Below, one piece after another: positions 63,947 to 64,000 of a stretch of 64,000 nucleotides of DNA. The stretch comes from Balanoglossus misakiensis (taxonomy: Eukaryota; Animalia; Hemichordata), in the NCBI GenBank assembly GCA_040954595.2, contig CM082577.2:3491703-3555702 (forward strand), given 5' to 3'. The notes under the pieces are model-generated. The model had not been told where the DNA came from. It searched no databases and saw only the letters and a list, made by a program, of their open reading frames with translations. Position numbers and translations under genes: made by a program. Position 1 is the first letter of the stretch; every line of letters begins with the position of its first letter.

Positions 63947-64000
63947 CTGCACCAAGACACAAGTTCAATGGTAAAACCCACATCTTTAAACCACGATAAC

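Overview
Intron-rich, AT-rich invertebrate animal genomic DNA (species not determinable from sequence; not prokaryotic). Spliced genes, in order: last coding exon of ATF7IP (+); two tandem, intact phospholipase B-like 1 (PLBD1) paralogs (-) separated by a ~3 kb array of ~34.5 copies of a palindrome-rich 87-bp unit; a plant-MTP-like Mn-type cation diffusion facilitator (-); a divergently transcribed SLC10 Na+/bile-acid-type transporter (+); CNOT3 (-) head-to-head with CEP131 (+); and the last four coding exons of HID1 (-). Exon boundaries were read by hand from splice signals and reading-frame continuity. Points of interest: the 87-bp array just upstream of one PLBD1 copy, conserved ATF7IP-PLBD1 adjacency and the wider paralogon signal, MITF/TFEB-type E-boxes upstream of PLBD1-B and the CDF gene, a GC-AG intron and an exon difference between the PLBD1 copies, a 130-bp intronic hairpin, and candidate cryptic exons in CNOT3. 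I found no clearly novel multi-gene system. Most short ORFs in the supplied track are exon read-through or noise.
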